From: an uncultured Planctomycetota bacterium
GTDB lineage: Bacteria > Planctomycetota > CAYMFW01
Assembly (NCBI GenBank): GCA_964389785.1
Contig: CAYMFW010000001.1
Span: forward strand, 10,806-71,443
DNA: 60,638 nucleotides
Direction: 5' to 3'
The position numbers and the translations under genes were made by a program. The notes beneath the pieces were generated by a model, which was given only the letters and a program-made list of their open reading frames with translations, was not told the origin of the DNA and did not search any database. This document shows positions 27,708 through 36,635 of this stretch, piece by piece; positions within the stretch are counted from its first letter, which is position 1, and every line of letters begins with the position of its first letter.

Positions 27708-30700
27708 TCATCTGGTGAATTTGCGGTTCTCGAACGTCCACAGGGCCAGATGCGGGCCCTGCCAGGCCATGGACGCGTCCCCGTATTCGCCCAGCCTCCC
27801 GTAGCCTTCCGCCGCGAGCTTCTGCACGATCTTCTTCTCCTTCACGTCCACCTGCCACACCTCGAACTTGTTCCCGTCCTGGACCCTTACGACCACACAG
27901 TCCTTACTCCAGCTGGACTCCACGTAGGCCTCCGGCTCGCCGTATCCCCCGGCCTTGACCTCCATGACCTCCTTGCCCGTCACGGGGTCCATCCCCACGA
28001 GCGAGATCGTCGTGGCCCCCATCTGATACTTGACCCCGTAGACGATGCCGTCGATGAAGACCATCGAGCTCAGTATCAGGCCCGTCGCGGCCTTGCCGCC
28101 CTCTTCGTCCTGGCCGGCGTACTGCCTGAGCTTCTGGTCCATCTTCTTCCCGCCTTCTCTTCGCCGCCACAGCATCTCTCCGGAAGCCACGTCGAACACC
28201 GCGTTTTCGAGCACCGCGTAGTAGGGCTTGAGCACGAAGAGCTTCCCTCCGTCTATCCACATCCGGTAGGCCGGGTCCGTCGAGGTATCGAGCTTGGTGG
28301 CGCTCTTCGACCACTCGATGCGTCTTTTGCCAACGTTCACCGCGTGATACGTCATGCCGTCCGTCACCGTCAGGTACCCTTCGCCGAAGGCCACGGGAAC
28401 CTCTTCCGCCGCCTCCGCGGCGGCCGGGCTCTGTTCCGCCCCCTCCAGGGCGTACATCGGATGCTTGCGGTTCTTCGTGAGTCCGGGAAGGCTCAGCCTG
28501 CACAGCAGCCGTCCGGAGCCGACCTTTCTGAAGGAGACCTCGGCGGGGCTCTTCCGCACCGTCAGCATCACGTTCTCGTGAAAGAACGGACCGGCGTAGA
28601 ACTCGCCCATCTCCGAGGAATCCCAGACGATCTCTCCGGTCTTCGGGCTTATCGCCACCGTGCTCCCTCTTCCGCACAGGGTCAGCACGTCGCCGAACAG
28701 GTCCGCCGTCTGGATCTCGAACCCGAGCGGCACCCTGAAATGCCACTTCTTCTCCTTCTTGCCCTTCTGGTCGAGCTCGCGGCCGGCGCGCCAGTCGAGG
28801 GCGACGACGTCGTACTGACCGTGCACGATCGCCAGGCCCTCGTGGATGAATACCTCCTCGAACCCGACCTCGAAACCCTCCCCTCCCACTACCTTCCCGT
28901 GGAGGAGTATCTCCCTCGATTCCCATTCCTTCCTGTTCTCCTTCATGTTCCAGCACAGAATGGTGAACCGGTTGCCGTAGGCGCGCTTTTTTTGTTTGTT
29001 GATGAAGAGGAGATGAGCCGTATCCTCCACGTTCCCCTTCTGGGGAAGCGTGAGCCGGACCATGTCCGGGTCCTCGTTCTTGCCGCCGGCCTCGCTCATT
29101 CCGGCCCCCGAGGCCATCGAGCGGGGCGGCGGGGCCGGGACGAGCCCCGTCTTTCCCCCTTGGATCAGCTTCTCGCCGAGACCACAGGTCCCGGCGAGGT
29201 CGGTGAACCGCCATACCTGCGCCTGCCGCTCGATCGGCTTGAGCGAGGCGGTCTCCCGGACGAGCTCCTTGATCCTCTGCTTCGCGGCCTCGCTCTCCGG
29301 CCAGCACCACAGCAGCCTCTCGCCCACCTCCACGTCGTCGTAGCGCTTCAGCTCTTCCGCCGCGAGCTTCTCGTATTCCCCGCGGAACTCCCGCGGGGCG
29401 CGGGAGAGAAGCTCCCGCAGGCGCCTGGCCATCACACTCCTCGTTTCGACCACGTATTCCGTCCCGACGTCCGCCACGGCGAGGAAGTAGTCGTCGAGCG
29501 CCGCGCGCTCCCACTCCGCGAACTGCTCCACCACCTTCGCGTACAGGGGCGGCACCTGCTTCACCAGGTGTCCTATCCCCTCCCCGGTCCGCTCCACCAG
29601 CTTCTTCCTGTCGCCCAGCTCCAGCCCGGACACGGCGAGCGGCTCCCTCCAGTAGTGACGCGAGGCGTTCTGCAGCACCCGCGCCGCCTTCACCCAGTCG
29701 CCCCTTTTCTCGTGGAGCTCGGCGTAGGCCATGAGCGCCTTGATCTCCTGGGTGGGGTTCGAGGCGGTGGCGCCCATCTTCCTGCACGCGCCCTCGAGAA
29801 GGTCGAGGTCGGCGGACTGGTGTCCCCACCGGGCGAGCTCGGCGTACAGCGGGTACAAGCGAAGGTTGATGTTCCTCCGGCGGTCCTCTTCCTCGGAGGG
29901 CAGGAGAGGCTTGGATTCCTCGTACATATTGATGGCGCCCTGAACGTCCCCTCTCTTCCGCGCCTCTTCCGCCTTGGCGAACAGGGAATCGAGGTCCTTG
30001 CGTTCACCCAGCACCCTGTTGAGCTTCTCGCGATCGTACCGGACGATCATGCGGTTGAACGCGACGTTGATCTCGAACGGTATCCCCCAACGCGTCACGG
30101 TCATCCGCGCGGCGGAGTAGAACATCTCCGGCTCCTCGTTGACGACCCTCTTGTTGATCGAAGGCACGAATTGGGAGTTCTGTATCCACACCCCGGGATC
30201 GTACCAGCGCCTCTGCGAGACGATCTCCCGGCTCTTCAGGTCGAGACGATACTCCGAGTTGAACGGCCCGGACCGCGGCGGAGGAAACACCCCGCGCCAG
30301 TGCTGCATGGTGAAATTGATCTGGTTGTCCTTCGTCAGGATGGGGTGGGTGTGCACGTGACCGAGCGGCCACCAGAAGTCGTCTCCGTCACCGTTGATGC
30401 CCGAAGTGAGTCCCTTCGGGACCCGCTTCGGGTCCGCGCGGAAATTGTCGGTCCTTCCCCCGCCGCCTATGTACCCCTGCAGGCCCGCCGCCCAGACCTT
30501 CCGTCCCGTGCCGGGATCGAGAAGGGTGACGTCGTTTCCGGCCAGGCAGAGGAGCCCCTCCGCGGTGAACCCCACCATGCGCCACGCATGATGGAAGCCC
30601 CCGTCCCTGCCCGGCCACCGGGAATCCTGTCCCTGCGTCGCGACCCACACGATCCGCCCGGTTTCCTTGTCGATGCAGAGCAGATGCCCGCAGTCCACCG

Positions 30701-32909
30701 GCGTGACGTACAGCTTGTCTCCCCGGATGACGGGCGGCTGATTGCGCCATACGTGGCCGGTGGAGCTGAAGTTGTCGAGCACCGTCTTGTTCTGAGGATA
30801 CCGGGTGAGCCAGCGTATGGTGCCGGTGAGGGCGTCCACCGCGGCCACGATGCCGGCGTTCGTGCTGTGGTAGACCACCCCCTCGTGGACGAGAGGCATC
30901 GAGGAAAGGATACGGATCTTCCTCGGGTAGCGGCTCTGGGTGATCTTCAGCGGCGAGATCCGCGAGAGCCGGGTCCGCCACATCAGCTTGCCGGTCCGGG
31001 TCTCGAACGCGGCGAGCTCCGCGCCGGACGATATGTGCGACCGCCCGCGGATGTCGTCGTAGACCACCGGCGCGATCACCGAGCCGCGACCCGGGGCCGG
31101 AGACGCCTGGTACCGGTCGAGCCATTCCTCCTCGGTCAGCGCCGCCATCGGCCCCTTGGCCCACAGGAGTCGACCGGTGTACTGGTCGACCGCGACGAGC
31201 GACGGCCCGTACACGAACATGTGGGCGAAGACGACCCCGTCGTGGATCAGGATCGACTGTTCCGGGTAGTAGTCCGTCACCCCGCCGCGGCCGCCGTAGA
31301 AGTCCCAGTCGGCGCTCGCGCCGCCGGGCCCGAACACCCAGTTGAGCTCGCCCGTGAGAAGCGAGCGGCTGTAGAGGACGTTCATGTCTTTGTAGATGAT
31401 GTCCGTCTCCGTCACCCAGGGCAGGGGCTCCGGCTCCCGCCACCCGTCCCTGCCGGTGAGGTCGGCGTGCCACTCGCCGCGAACCGTCGAGAACTCGTAC
31501 GGCAGGGGGTCCGACAGCTTCTTGTCGTCGAGCGCGTCGTACCGGGCGCTGCGGCGGTTCTCCCGCTGCCTGACCCAGAACTCGTCGAACTTGAATTCGT
31601 CGAGCTGCTTCAGCAGCTCGGCGACGGTCTTCTCCCCCCTGTTCCTGATCTTCCCGACGGCCGCCCGGTAGTCGCCGTCCCGGCCCAGATGGCGGTAGCA
31701 TATGGCGAGCCTCACCCATACCTGGTCGCGGTCCAGCGCGATGTCGTCGCGGTCCTCGTCCGCGGCCCCGTGATACGTCACGATGCGCTCGTAGCAGCGC
31801 CTCGCCTCGTCGTAGCGTCCCTTGTCGACCGCGTCGTTTCCGAGCGCGAACAGGGCGTCGTCCCCGTACGAAGTGGCTAGGTGGAACCTCACCAGGTCCT
31901 TGTAGTCGAATATGGAGTAGCGCTTGACGGCGCGCTGGAAGATTTCCTTCGCGGCCGGATCGTAGAGGATCCGGTAGTAGGCCAGTTCCTTCCTGGGATA
32001 CCGAAGGATCTTTCTCTGCACATAGAGCGACGCGGGCACGAAAACGCCCTCTCCGGCGATGCAGACCAGATCGTCCTGGTAATCCTTGAGGACACGGCGG
32101 TACAGCTCCGTGGCCTGCCGGTGCTCGTTCTTCGCCTCGACGGTCTGGTTCGCCTTCGTAATGATGGGCCACACCTGAGCGTCGATCCGGACGTCGCCGA
32201 TGTTCATGAAGTTGTCCTGTCGCGAGAACGGAACCTTCTTCCGGCCGGACCTCTGGAGGCTTGCCCGGGTGTGGCTGCTGAAGACCGGATCGTAGCCGGC
32301 GTACAGCTCTTCGAGTGTCGGCCGCTTGTCCCACGCGTAGTCTCCGGCGACCTTGCCGGCTCCGGCCTTGCCTGCGGCGACGCCGGAGGCGCCGGCGAGA
32401 CGGAAGCTCGCACCCCATCCCCCTCCCCCCTGCGTGATCTTGAGGAGAATGATGTTGTCGCCCTTCTTCAGGGTGACGCTCACCTTGTCTTCACCCGGCG
32501 TGACGCCGCGCAGTGTATTGTTGGAATGGACCAGCTTCCCGTTCAGCCACACCTTGACGCCGTCGTCACTCCCGATCTCGAGCGTCGCCTTCTGCTGCGT
32601 CGCGGATTTCAGGCCGGTGCGGAGATACGCAACCCGGTTTTCCCCGCCGACCGCCTGGGTGAGATCGATCTGCCAGACCTGTGAGGGATCGGAGCTTCCC
32701 GCGTCTTTCCATTGCCCCTTGCCGTCCTCAGGGGGAAACTTGATGTCGAAGAGCTCCTGCGGTCCCTTGCCGTCCTGCGTGTACGGACCGGAAACCGACC
32801 AGCGGACCGCGTCCGCGGCCCGGACCGGAAGCGCCGGCAGAAGGACCGCTGCGGCGCACAGGCAGAAATACGTGATCGTTCTCGACGACGACGATACCAT
32901 ACGGTTCAT
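27708..32909 (-). CDS. Large secreted PQQ-like beta-propeller repeat / TPR protein with N-terminal PA14/galactose-binding-like domain
   Basis: Signal peptide, GSDDGVKVWLNGK domain, TPR-like helices, and many DxxTGxxxW propeller blades. RBS GAAAGGAG upstream of ATG 32909. Confidence 0.8.
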   Translation of the reverse strand: MNRMVSSSSRTITYFCLCAAAVLLPALPVRAADAVRWSVSGPYTQDGKGPQELFDIKFPPEDGKGQWKDAGSSDPSQVWQIDLTQAVGGENRVAYLRTGLKSATQQKATLEIGSDDGVKVWLNGKLVHSNNTLRGVTPGEDKVSVTLKKGDNIILLKITQGGGGWGASFRLAGASGVAAGKAGAGKVAGDYAWDKRPTLEELYAGYDPVFSSHTRASLQRSGRKKVPFSRQDNFMNIGDVRIDAQVWPIITKANQTVEAKNEHRQATELYRRVLKDYQDDLVCIAGEGVFVPASLYVQRKILRYPRKELAYYRILYDPAAKEIFQRAVKRYSIFDYKDLVRFHLATSYGDDALFALGNDAVDKGRYDEARRCYERIVTYHGAADEDRDDIALDRDQVWVRLAICYRHLGRDGDYRAAVGKIRNRGEKTVAELLKQLDEFKFDEFWVRQRENRRSARYDALDDKKLSDPLPYEFSTVRGEWHADLTGRDGWREPEPLPWVTETDIIYKDMNVLYSRSLLTGELNWVFGPGGASADWDFYGGRGGVTDYYPEQSILIHDGVVFAHMFVYGPSLVAVDQYTGRLLWAKGPMAALTEEEWLDRYQASPAPGRGSVIAPVVYDDIRGRSHISSGAELAAFETRTGKLMWRTRLSRISPLKITQSRYPRKIRILSSMPLVHEGVVYHSTNAGIVAAVDALTGTIRWLTRYPQNKTVLDNFSSTGHVWRNQPPVIRGDKLYVTPVDCGHLLCIDKETGRIVWVATQGQDSRWPGRDGGFHHAWRMVGFTAEGLLCLAGNDVTLLDPGTGRKVWAAGLQGYIGGGGRTDNFRADPKRVPKGLTSGINGDGDDFWWPLGHVHTHPILTKDNQINFTMQHWRGVFPPPRSGPFNSEYRLDLKSREIVSQRRWYDPGVWIQNSQFVPSINKRVVNEEPEMFYSAARMTVTRWGIPFEINVAFNRMIVRYDREKLNRVLGERKDLDSLFAKAEEARKRGDVQGAINMYEESKPLLPSEEEDRRRNINLRLYPLYAELARWGHQSADLDLLEGACRKMGATASNPTQEIKALMAYAELHEKRGDWVKAARVLQNASRHYWREPLAVSGLELGDRKKLVERTGEGIGHLVKQVPPLYAKVVEQFAEWERAALDDYFLAVADVGTEYVVETRSVMARRLRELLSRAPREFRGEYEKLAAEELKRYDDVEVGERLLWCWPESEAAKQRIKELVRETASLKPIERQAQVWRFTDLAGTCGLGEKLIQGGKTGLVPAPPPRSMASGAGMSEAGGKNEDPDMVRLTLPQKGNVEDTAHLLFINKQKKRAYGNRFTILCWNMKENRKEWESREILLHGKVVGGEGFEVGFEEVFIHEGLAIVHGQYDVVALDWRAGRELDQKGKKEKKWHFRVPLGFEIQTADLFGDVLTLCGRGSTVAISPKTGEIVWDSSEMGEFYAGPFFHENVMLTVRKSPAEVSFRKVGSGRLLCRLSLPGLTKNRKHPMYALEGAEQSPAAAEAAEEVPVAFGEGYLTVTDGMTYHAVNVGKRRIEWSKSATKLDTSTDPAYRMWIDGGKLFVLKPYYAVLENAVFDVASGEMLWRRREGGKKMDQKLRQYAGQDEEGGKAATGLILSSMVFIDGIVYGVKYQMGATTISLVGMDPVTGKEVMEVKAGGYGEPEAYVESSWSKDCVVVRVQDGNKFEVWQVDVKEKKIVQKLAAEGYGRLGEYGDASMAWQGPHLALWTFENRKFTR

Positions 32910-33015
32910 TGGCAGGCTCCTTTCCCGAAATGCGCAGCTCTCTCGTTCATCGCGGGCTCTCAACGGAACTCGTGCGAGTGAAATCCTGCGTGATGTTCTG
33001 TGTGTGAACGGACGG

Positions 33016-33045
33016 ATTATACCGGCTTTCGCGGGGCGGAATCAA
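33016..33045 (-). promoter_or_regulatory. Sigma70-like promoter for the PQQ/TPR-lipoprotein operon
   Basis: TTGATT (33045-33040), 18-bp spacer, TATAAT (33021-33016). Confidence 0.45.
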
Positions 33046-33058
33046 GAGATAATAGTGG

Positions 33059-34672
33059 TCAGCCGCCCAACAGTCCCGCCCCGGTCAGCGCAATGACCAC
33101 CAGCGCCACCAAAATGGAATAGATGAGACAGGGGACTATGTTCCTCCGAATGATCGCCCCCGTCCTTCCCTCCAGCCCCACGGTCGCGGACACCGCGACG
33201 ATGTTGTTGACGCAGACCATGTTGCCGATCGCCCCGCCCACCACCTGCAACACCACCAGCGCGAGCGGAACGATCCCAATCGCCAGCGCGGTGCGGTACT
33301 GAAACGAGGCGAAGAGTATGTTGGATACGGTATTCGAGCCGGTCATGAACGCCCCGAGCACCCCCACCAGCGGCGAGATCACGATGAACGCGCGGCCCGT
33401 GAGGTGCGCGGCCGCCTCCGCGATCGCCGTCATCATCCCGCTCATTCCCGGCGGGTTCTGCTCGGATTTCAGCATCAGCTGCACCATCGCCACGCCGGCG
33501 ACAAGAGCGATGGCGGCACCGGAAACCTGTGCGAACGTGACCCTCCATACTCCGGAGACGCGGCCGCGATCCATGCGGGACGCGAGCTGGACGAGCAGTG
33601 CCACCAGCGCGAACGGTATGATTCCCGGGATGAAGGCCCAACGCAGCTCGTACGTGAGCCCGTTGATGCCCAGGATGTCCGGCACCGTGATCTTCAGGGA
33701 CTTCAGCACATCCTGGAGGCCGAGCTGAGGCAGGCGCGTGACGACGAGTATCGCGGCGATGAGACCGTACGGAAGCCACGCCTTCCAGAGCGGCATCGTC
33801 GCGCGCTCTGTGTCACGTTCCCGGGACGAGATCTCCTCGGGGAACGTCCAGGCATCCTTCGGCACCAGGAAGCCCTTCCGCGCCGCGGCGATGATAATCG
33901 GCAGGCCGACCAGCCCTCCAATGAGTGAAGGCAGCTCCGGCCCCAGCAGGAACGCGGTGACGAGAAAGGGAACGAGGAATACGACACCGGCGAATACCGC
34001 GAACGGCGCGGCGGCCAGCCCTTCCTTGAATGCCCTGTTCCTCCCGAAGAATCGGGTGAGCATGCAGACCGCAAGGGTGGGAATCACAAGCGCCCCGACG
34101 ATATGGGTCACCGCCACCCACCTGCACAGCTGTGCCGCGAATACGTCCGCCTCTCCTCCCTTCAGCGGGAGCACGCTCATCGCGCCGAAGATGGGCGCCC
34201 CCACCGCTCCGAACGAGACCGGGGTGGAGTTGAACACGAGCGCCACGATCGCGGCCGCGAGCGGCGGAAACCCCAGCGCCACGAGGAGCGGCGCGCACAA
34301 AGCGGCCGGCGTGCCGAAGCCGGAGGCCCCCTCCAGGAACGCGCCGAACATCCAGCCGATGATGATCGCCTGAATACGCCGGTCCGGCGTGATCCCGGAG
34401 AACCCCCGGCTTATCGCCGTGAGCGATCCGCTCTCCCTAAGCGTGTTCAGCAGGAAGATGGCGCCTATGATAATAAGCAGCACATCCAGGGATTTGAGCG
34501 CTCCGAAGAGCGAAAATCCGAGCACCTCCCGCAGTCCCAGCTTCCAGAAGACCGCCGCGAGAATCGCCGCGAGAACCCACGCGACGGGAAGCGTTCTCTT
34601 CGCCGGCCAGTTCAGGCCGACCATCAGGACGATCGTCAGGAGTATGGGCAGGAGCGCTATCAGCGCGTGCAT
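33059..34672 (-). CDS. lctP: L-lactate permease
   Basis: [46 protein letters not shown] and GGAIGNM motifs. Confidence 0.9.
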   Translation of the reverse strand: MHALIALLPILLTIVLMVGLNWPAKRTLPVAWVLAAILAAVFWKLGLREVLGFSLFGALKSLDVLLIIIGAIFLLNTLRESGSLTAISRGFSGITPDRRIQAIIIGWMFGAFLEGASGFGTPAALCAPLLVALGFPPLAAAIVALVFNSTPVSFGAVGAPIFGAMSVLPLKGGEADVFAAQLCRWVAVTHIVGALVIPTLAVCMLTRFFGRNRAFKEGLAAAPFAVFAGVVFLVPFLVTAFLLGPELPSLIGGLVGLPIIIAAARKGFLVPKDAWTFPEEISSRERDTERATMPLWKAWLPYGLIAAILVVTRLPQLGLQDVLKSLKITVPDILGINGLTYELRWAFIPGIIPFALVALLVQLASRMDRGRVSGVWRVTFAQVSGAAIALVAGVAMVQLMLKSEQNPPGMSGMMTAIAEAAAHLTGRAFIVISPLVGVLGAFMTGSNTVSNILFASFQYRTALAIGIVPLALVVLQVVGGAIGNMVCVNNIVAVSATVGLEGRTGAIIRRNIVPCLIYSILVALVVIALTGAGLLGG

Positions 34673-34675
34673 GGA

Positions 34676-35464
34676 TTACCTCCGACGCCTCAGCGAGCCG
34701 GGAGTCACCCCCACCATCTTCCGGAACAGCTTGGAGAACGCGTACTCGTTTCCCAGACCCACGATCGGCGCGATCGCCTTCAGCGGGAGATCGGTGGTAA
34801 GTATCAGGCGGCGGGCGTATTCGACCCGTATGCGCCGCACATCCTCCATCGGGGTCCGGCCGGTCAGCCGCTTGTAGCGGCGCAGGAAGTAGTACTTGCT
34901 GAGATTCACGGCTCGGGCAAGATCGTCGAGAGAGAACGCTTCATCCATATGAGCGCCGATGTACCGGCGCACCTCGCTCACCAGACGATCCTCCCCGGAA
35001 CGGCACGCCTCCAGAAACACGGCCAGCACCGAACGGAAGAATGAACTGCTCAACGTCGTCTCTTCGGGCGACGGCGCGCTTCGTTCCGCCAGAAGCCATT
35101 CCAGAAGAAGGCGCGCCCGGCCGGCGGCGTCGGACACCACGAGAGGGAGACCCGGCGGCATCGCATCCCACGCAAACCCCAGGAAGAACATCTCCACGCC
35201 TGCTGCATCGTCCGCGAATTCCTCGTGCACGAGCCCCGCGCGGTAGAAGAGCATGTCCCCCGTTCCGGCCCTCACCGTTTCCTCGCTCGCCCTGACGAGA
35301 AGGGACCCGAACGTAACGACCACCAGCTCATGAAACGCGTGGGTCTTGACCGGCCTGTGCCACCCCGCGTTCTCGCGCACCCGCCCGGAGTGAAGCAGCA
35401 TCGGCTCCTCTCCGGATGATAGGGCAATTTGCGACAAGCTTTCGGCAATTACTGACATTGGCAT
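34676..35464 (-). CDS. AraC family transcriptional regulator (start may instead be 35458 or 35401)
   Basis: Cupin HAFHELVVV..G and HTH SLDDLARAVNLSKYYFLRRYK...FSKLFRKMVGVTP. Separated from lctP by 3 bp. Confidence 0.9.
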   Translation of the reverse strand: MPMSVIAESLSQIALSSGEEPMLLHSGRVRENAGWHRPVKTHAFHELVVVTFGSLLVRASEETVRAGTGDMLFYRAGLVHEEFADDAAGVEMFFLGFAWDAMPPGLPLVVSDAAGRARLLLEWLLAERSAPSPEETTLSSSFFRSVLAVFLEACRSGEDRLVSEVRRYIGAHMDEAFSLDDLARAVNLSKYYFLRRYKRLTGRTPMEDVRRIRVEYARRLILTTDLPLKAIAPIVGLGNEYAFSKLFRKMVGVTPGSLRRRR

Positions 35465-35549
35465 AATAGCACCCCAGAAGTATCATACCGTGGATATTAT
35501 CTGCCCGCAATCCTGAGGCATCAAAGAAAAAGAGCAATCAAGAGGGGGT
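35402..35549. promoter_or_regulatory. Bidirectional promoter/operator cassette, copy 1
   Basis: Plus: TTGGCA (35458-63)-17-TATCAT (35481-86). Minus: TTGCGG-17-TATGAT. GGCAATT direct repeats 21 bp apart (35423, 35444). Homologous in inverted orientation to 41983-42130. Confidence 0.65.
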
Positions 35550-36623
35550 TTGGAAATGAAGGAAGTCCCGACGCCGGATTATCCGAAGAGCAAGCTGATC
35601 AAGAGCGTCGAGCTGGACCGGAACCGCTACCACAAGGGCGACGGCGACATGTGGCCGCTGACGTGGGCGGACGACGACAACCTGTACGGCGGCGCCGGGG
35701 ACAACCTGGGAAGCCCGATGAATTTCTGGCGGATCGAACGGGACAGGTCCCCCCTTCATCTGTTCCTGGTGGACAACCTGCCGGTGGACCCGGCGGTGTA
35801 CTGCGCGGTGCCCGAGGCCTGCCCCAAAGGCAACGGCATCAAGCCGGCGGGGCTTCTCTTCATGGACGGAACCATGTACTTCGCCGTGGAGTGCATGAAC
35901 TACGGCGACAACCCGGAGTTCAACCGGCAGCACAACCTGTACGGCTGGATCATAACGACCACGGACTACGGAAAGACGTGGAACCGAGAGGCGACGCCGA
36001 CCGATTTCTTCACCGGAAGACTGTGCTCCTGTCACTTCCTGCAGTACGGCAAGGCCAACGTGGACGCGCTGGATGAGTACGTGTACGCGTACTTCCCGGG
36101 CGTCGGCGACGACGGCAACAGCTACTGGGAAAACGGCGACTATATCCTGCTTGGACGGGTGCCGAGGGAAAGGCTGCTCGATCGGAGCGCGTGGGAGTTC
36201 TGCACGAACGTCGATGCCGACAACAATCCGTCATGGTCGTCCGACGACGCCGAGGCGACGGCGATATTCCGCTACCCGCTCATGACCGGAGAGGACCACG
36301 TGAGCTACAACCCCGGGATCGAGCGCTACATCCTCGGCAACTACGGCTTCTACGACGACACAACCGGAAAGCCCCGTCCGTATCACCACGGCCCCCTCCC
36401 GGATTCGGTCGAACCAAGCCAGCTCACCCTCTTCGAGGCGCCGGAGCCCTGGGGACCGTGGTCGCTCTTTTACCGGGACGACCGCTGGGGAACCTACGGC
36501 GATTACCAGCCCAACTTCCCCGACAAGTACATGCGCGAGGACGGCCTGGAGATGTGCATGGTCTCGGCGGGCACCTTCGACGACTACAACTTCACCGTGC
36601 AGAAGATGCGGCTGGAGATCTGA
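35550..36623 (+). CDS. DUF4185 family protein (putative glycoside hydrolase); start may be ATG 35556
   Basis: GDMWPLTWADDDNLY, YILLGRV and APEPWGPW motifs. Confidence 0.7.
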   Translation: MEMKEVPTPDYPKSKLIKSVELDRNRYHKGDGDMWPLTWADDDNLYGGAGDNLGSPMNFWRIERDRSPLHLFLVDNLPVDPAVYCAVPEACPKGNGIKPAGLLFMDGTMYFAVECMNYGDNPEFNRQHNLYGWIITTTDYGKTWNREATPTDFFTGRLCSCHFLQYGKANVDALDEYVYAYFPGVGDDGNSYWENGDYILLGRVPRERLLDRSAWEFCTNVDADNNPSWSSDDAEATAIFRYPLMTGEDHVSYNPGIERYILGNYGFYDDTTGKPRPYHHGPLPDSVEPSQLTLFEAPEPWGPWSLFYRDDRWGTYGDYQPNFPDKYMREDGLEMCMVSAGTFDDYNFTVQKMRLEI

Positions 36624-36635
36624 TTTCAGCGCGTT

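Noticed and set aside
28987-29003. T-rich run inside the PQQ/TPR gene as a possible frameshift or terminator
   Set aside because: The frame stays open (INKQKKR) and no GC hairpin precedes it.
27750-31880. 1376-aa plus-strand ORF
   Set aside because: Antisense shadow of the PQQ/TPR gene with no recognisable domain.
32910-33010. ~100-nt leader as a possible riboswitch
   Set aside because: No consensus of a riboswitch class that I can recognise, and no clear terminator or anti-terminator.
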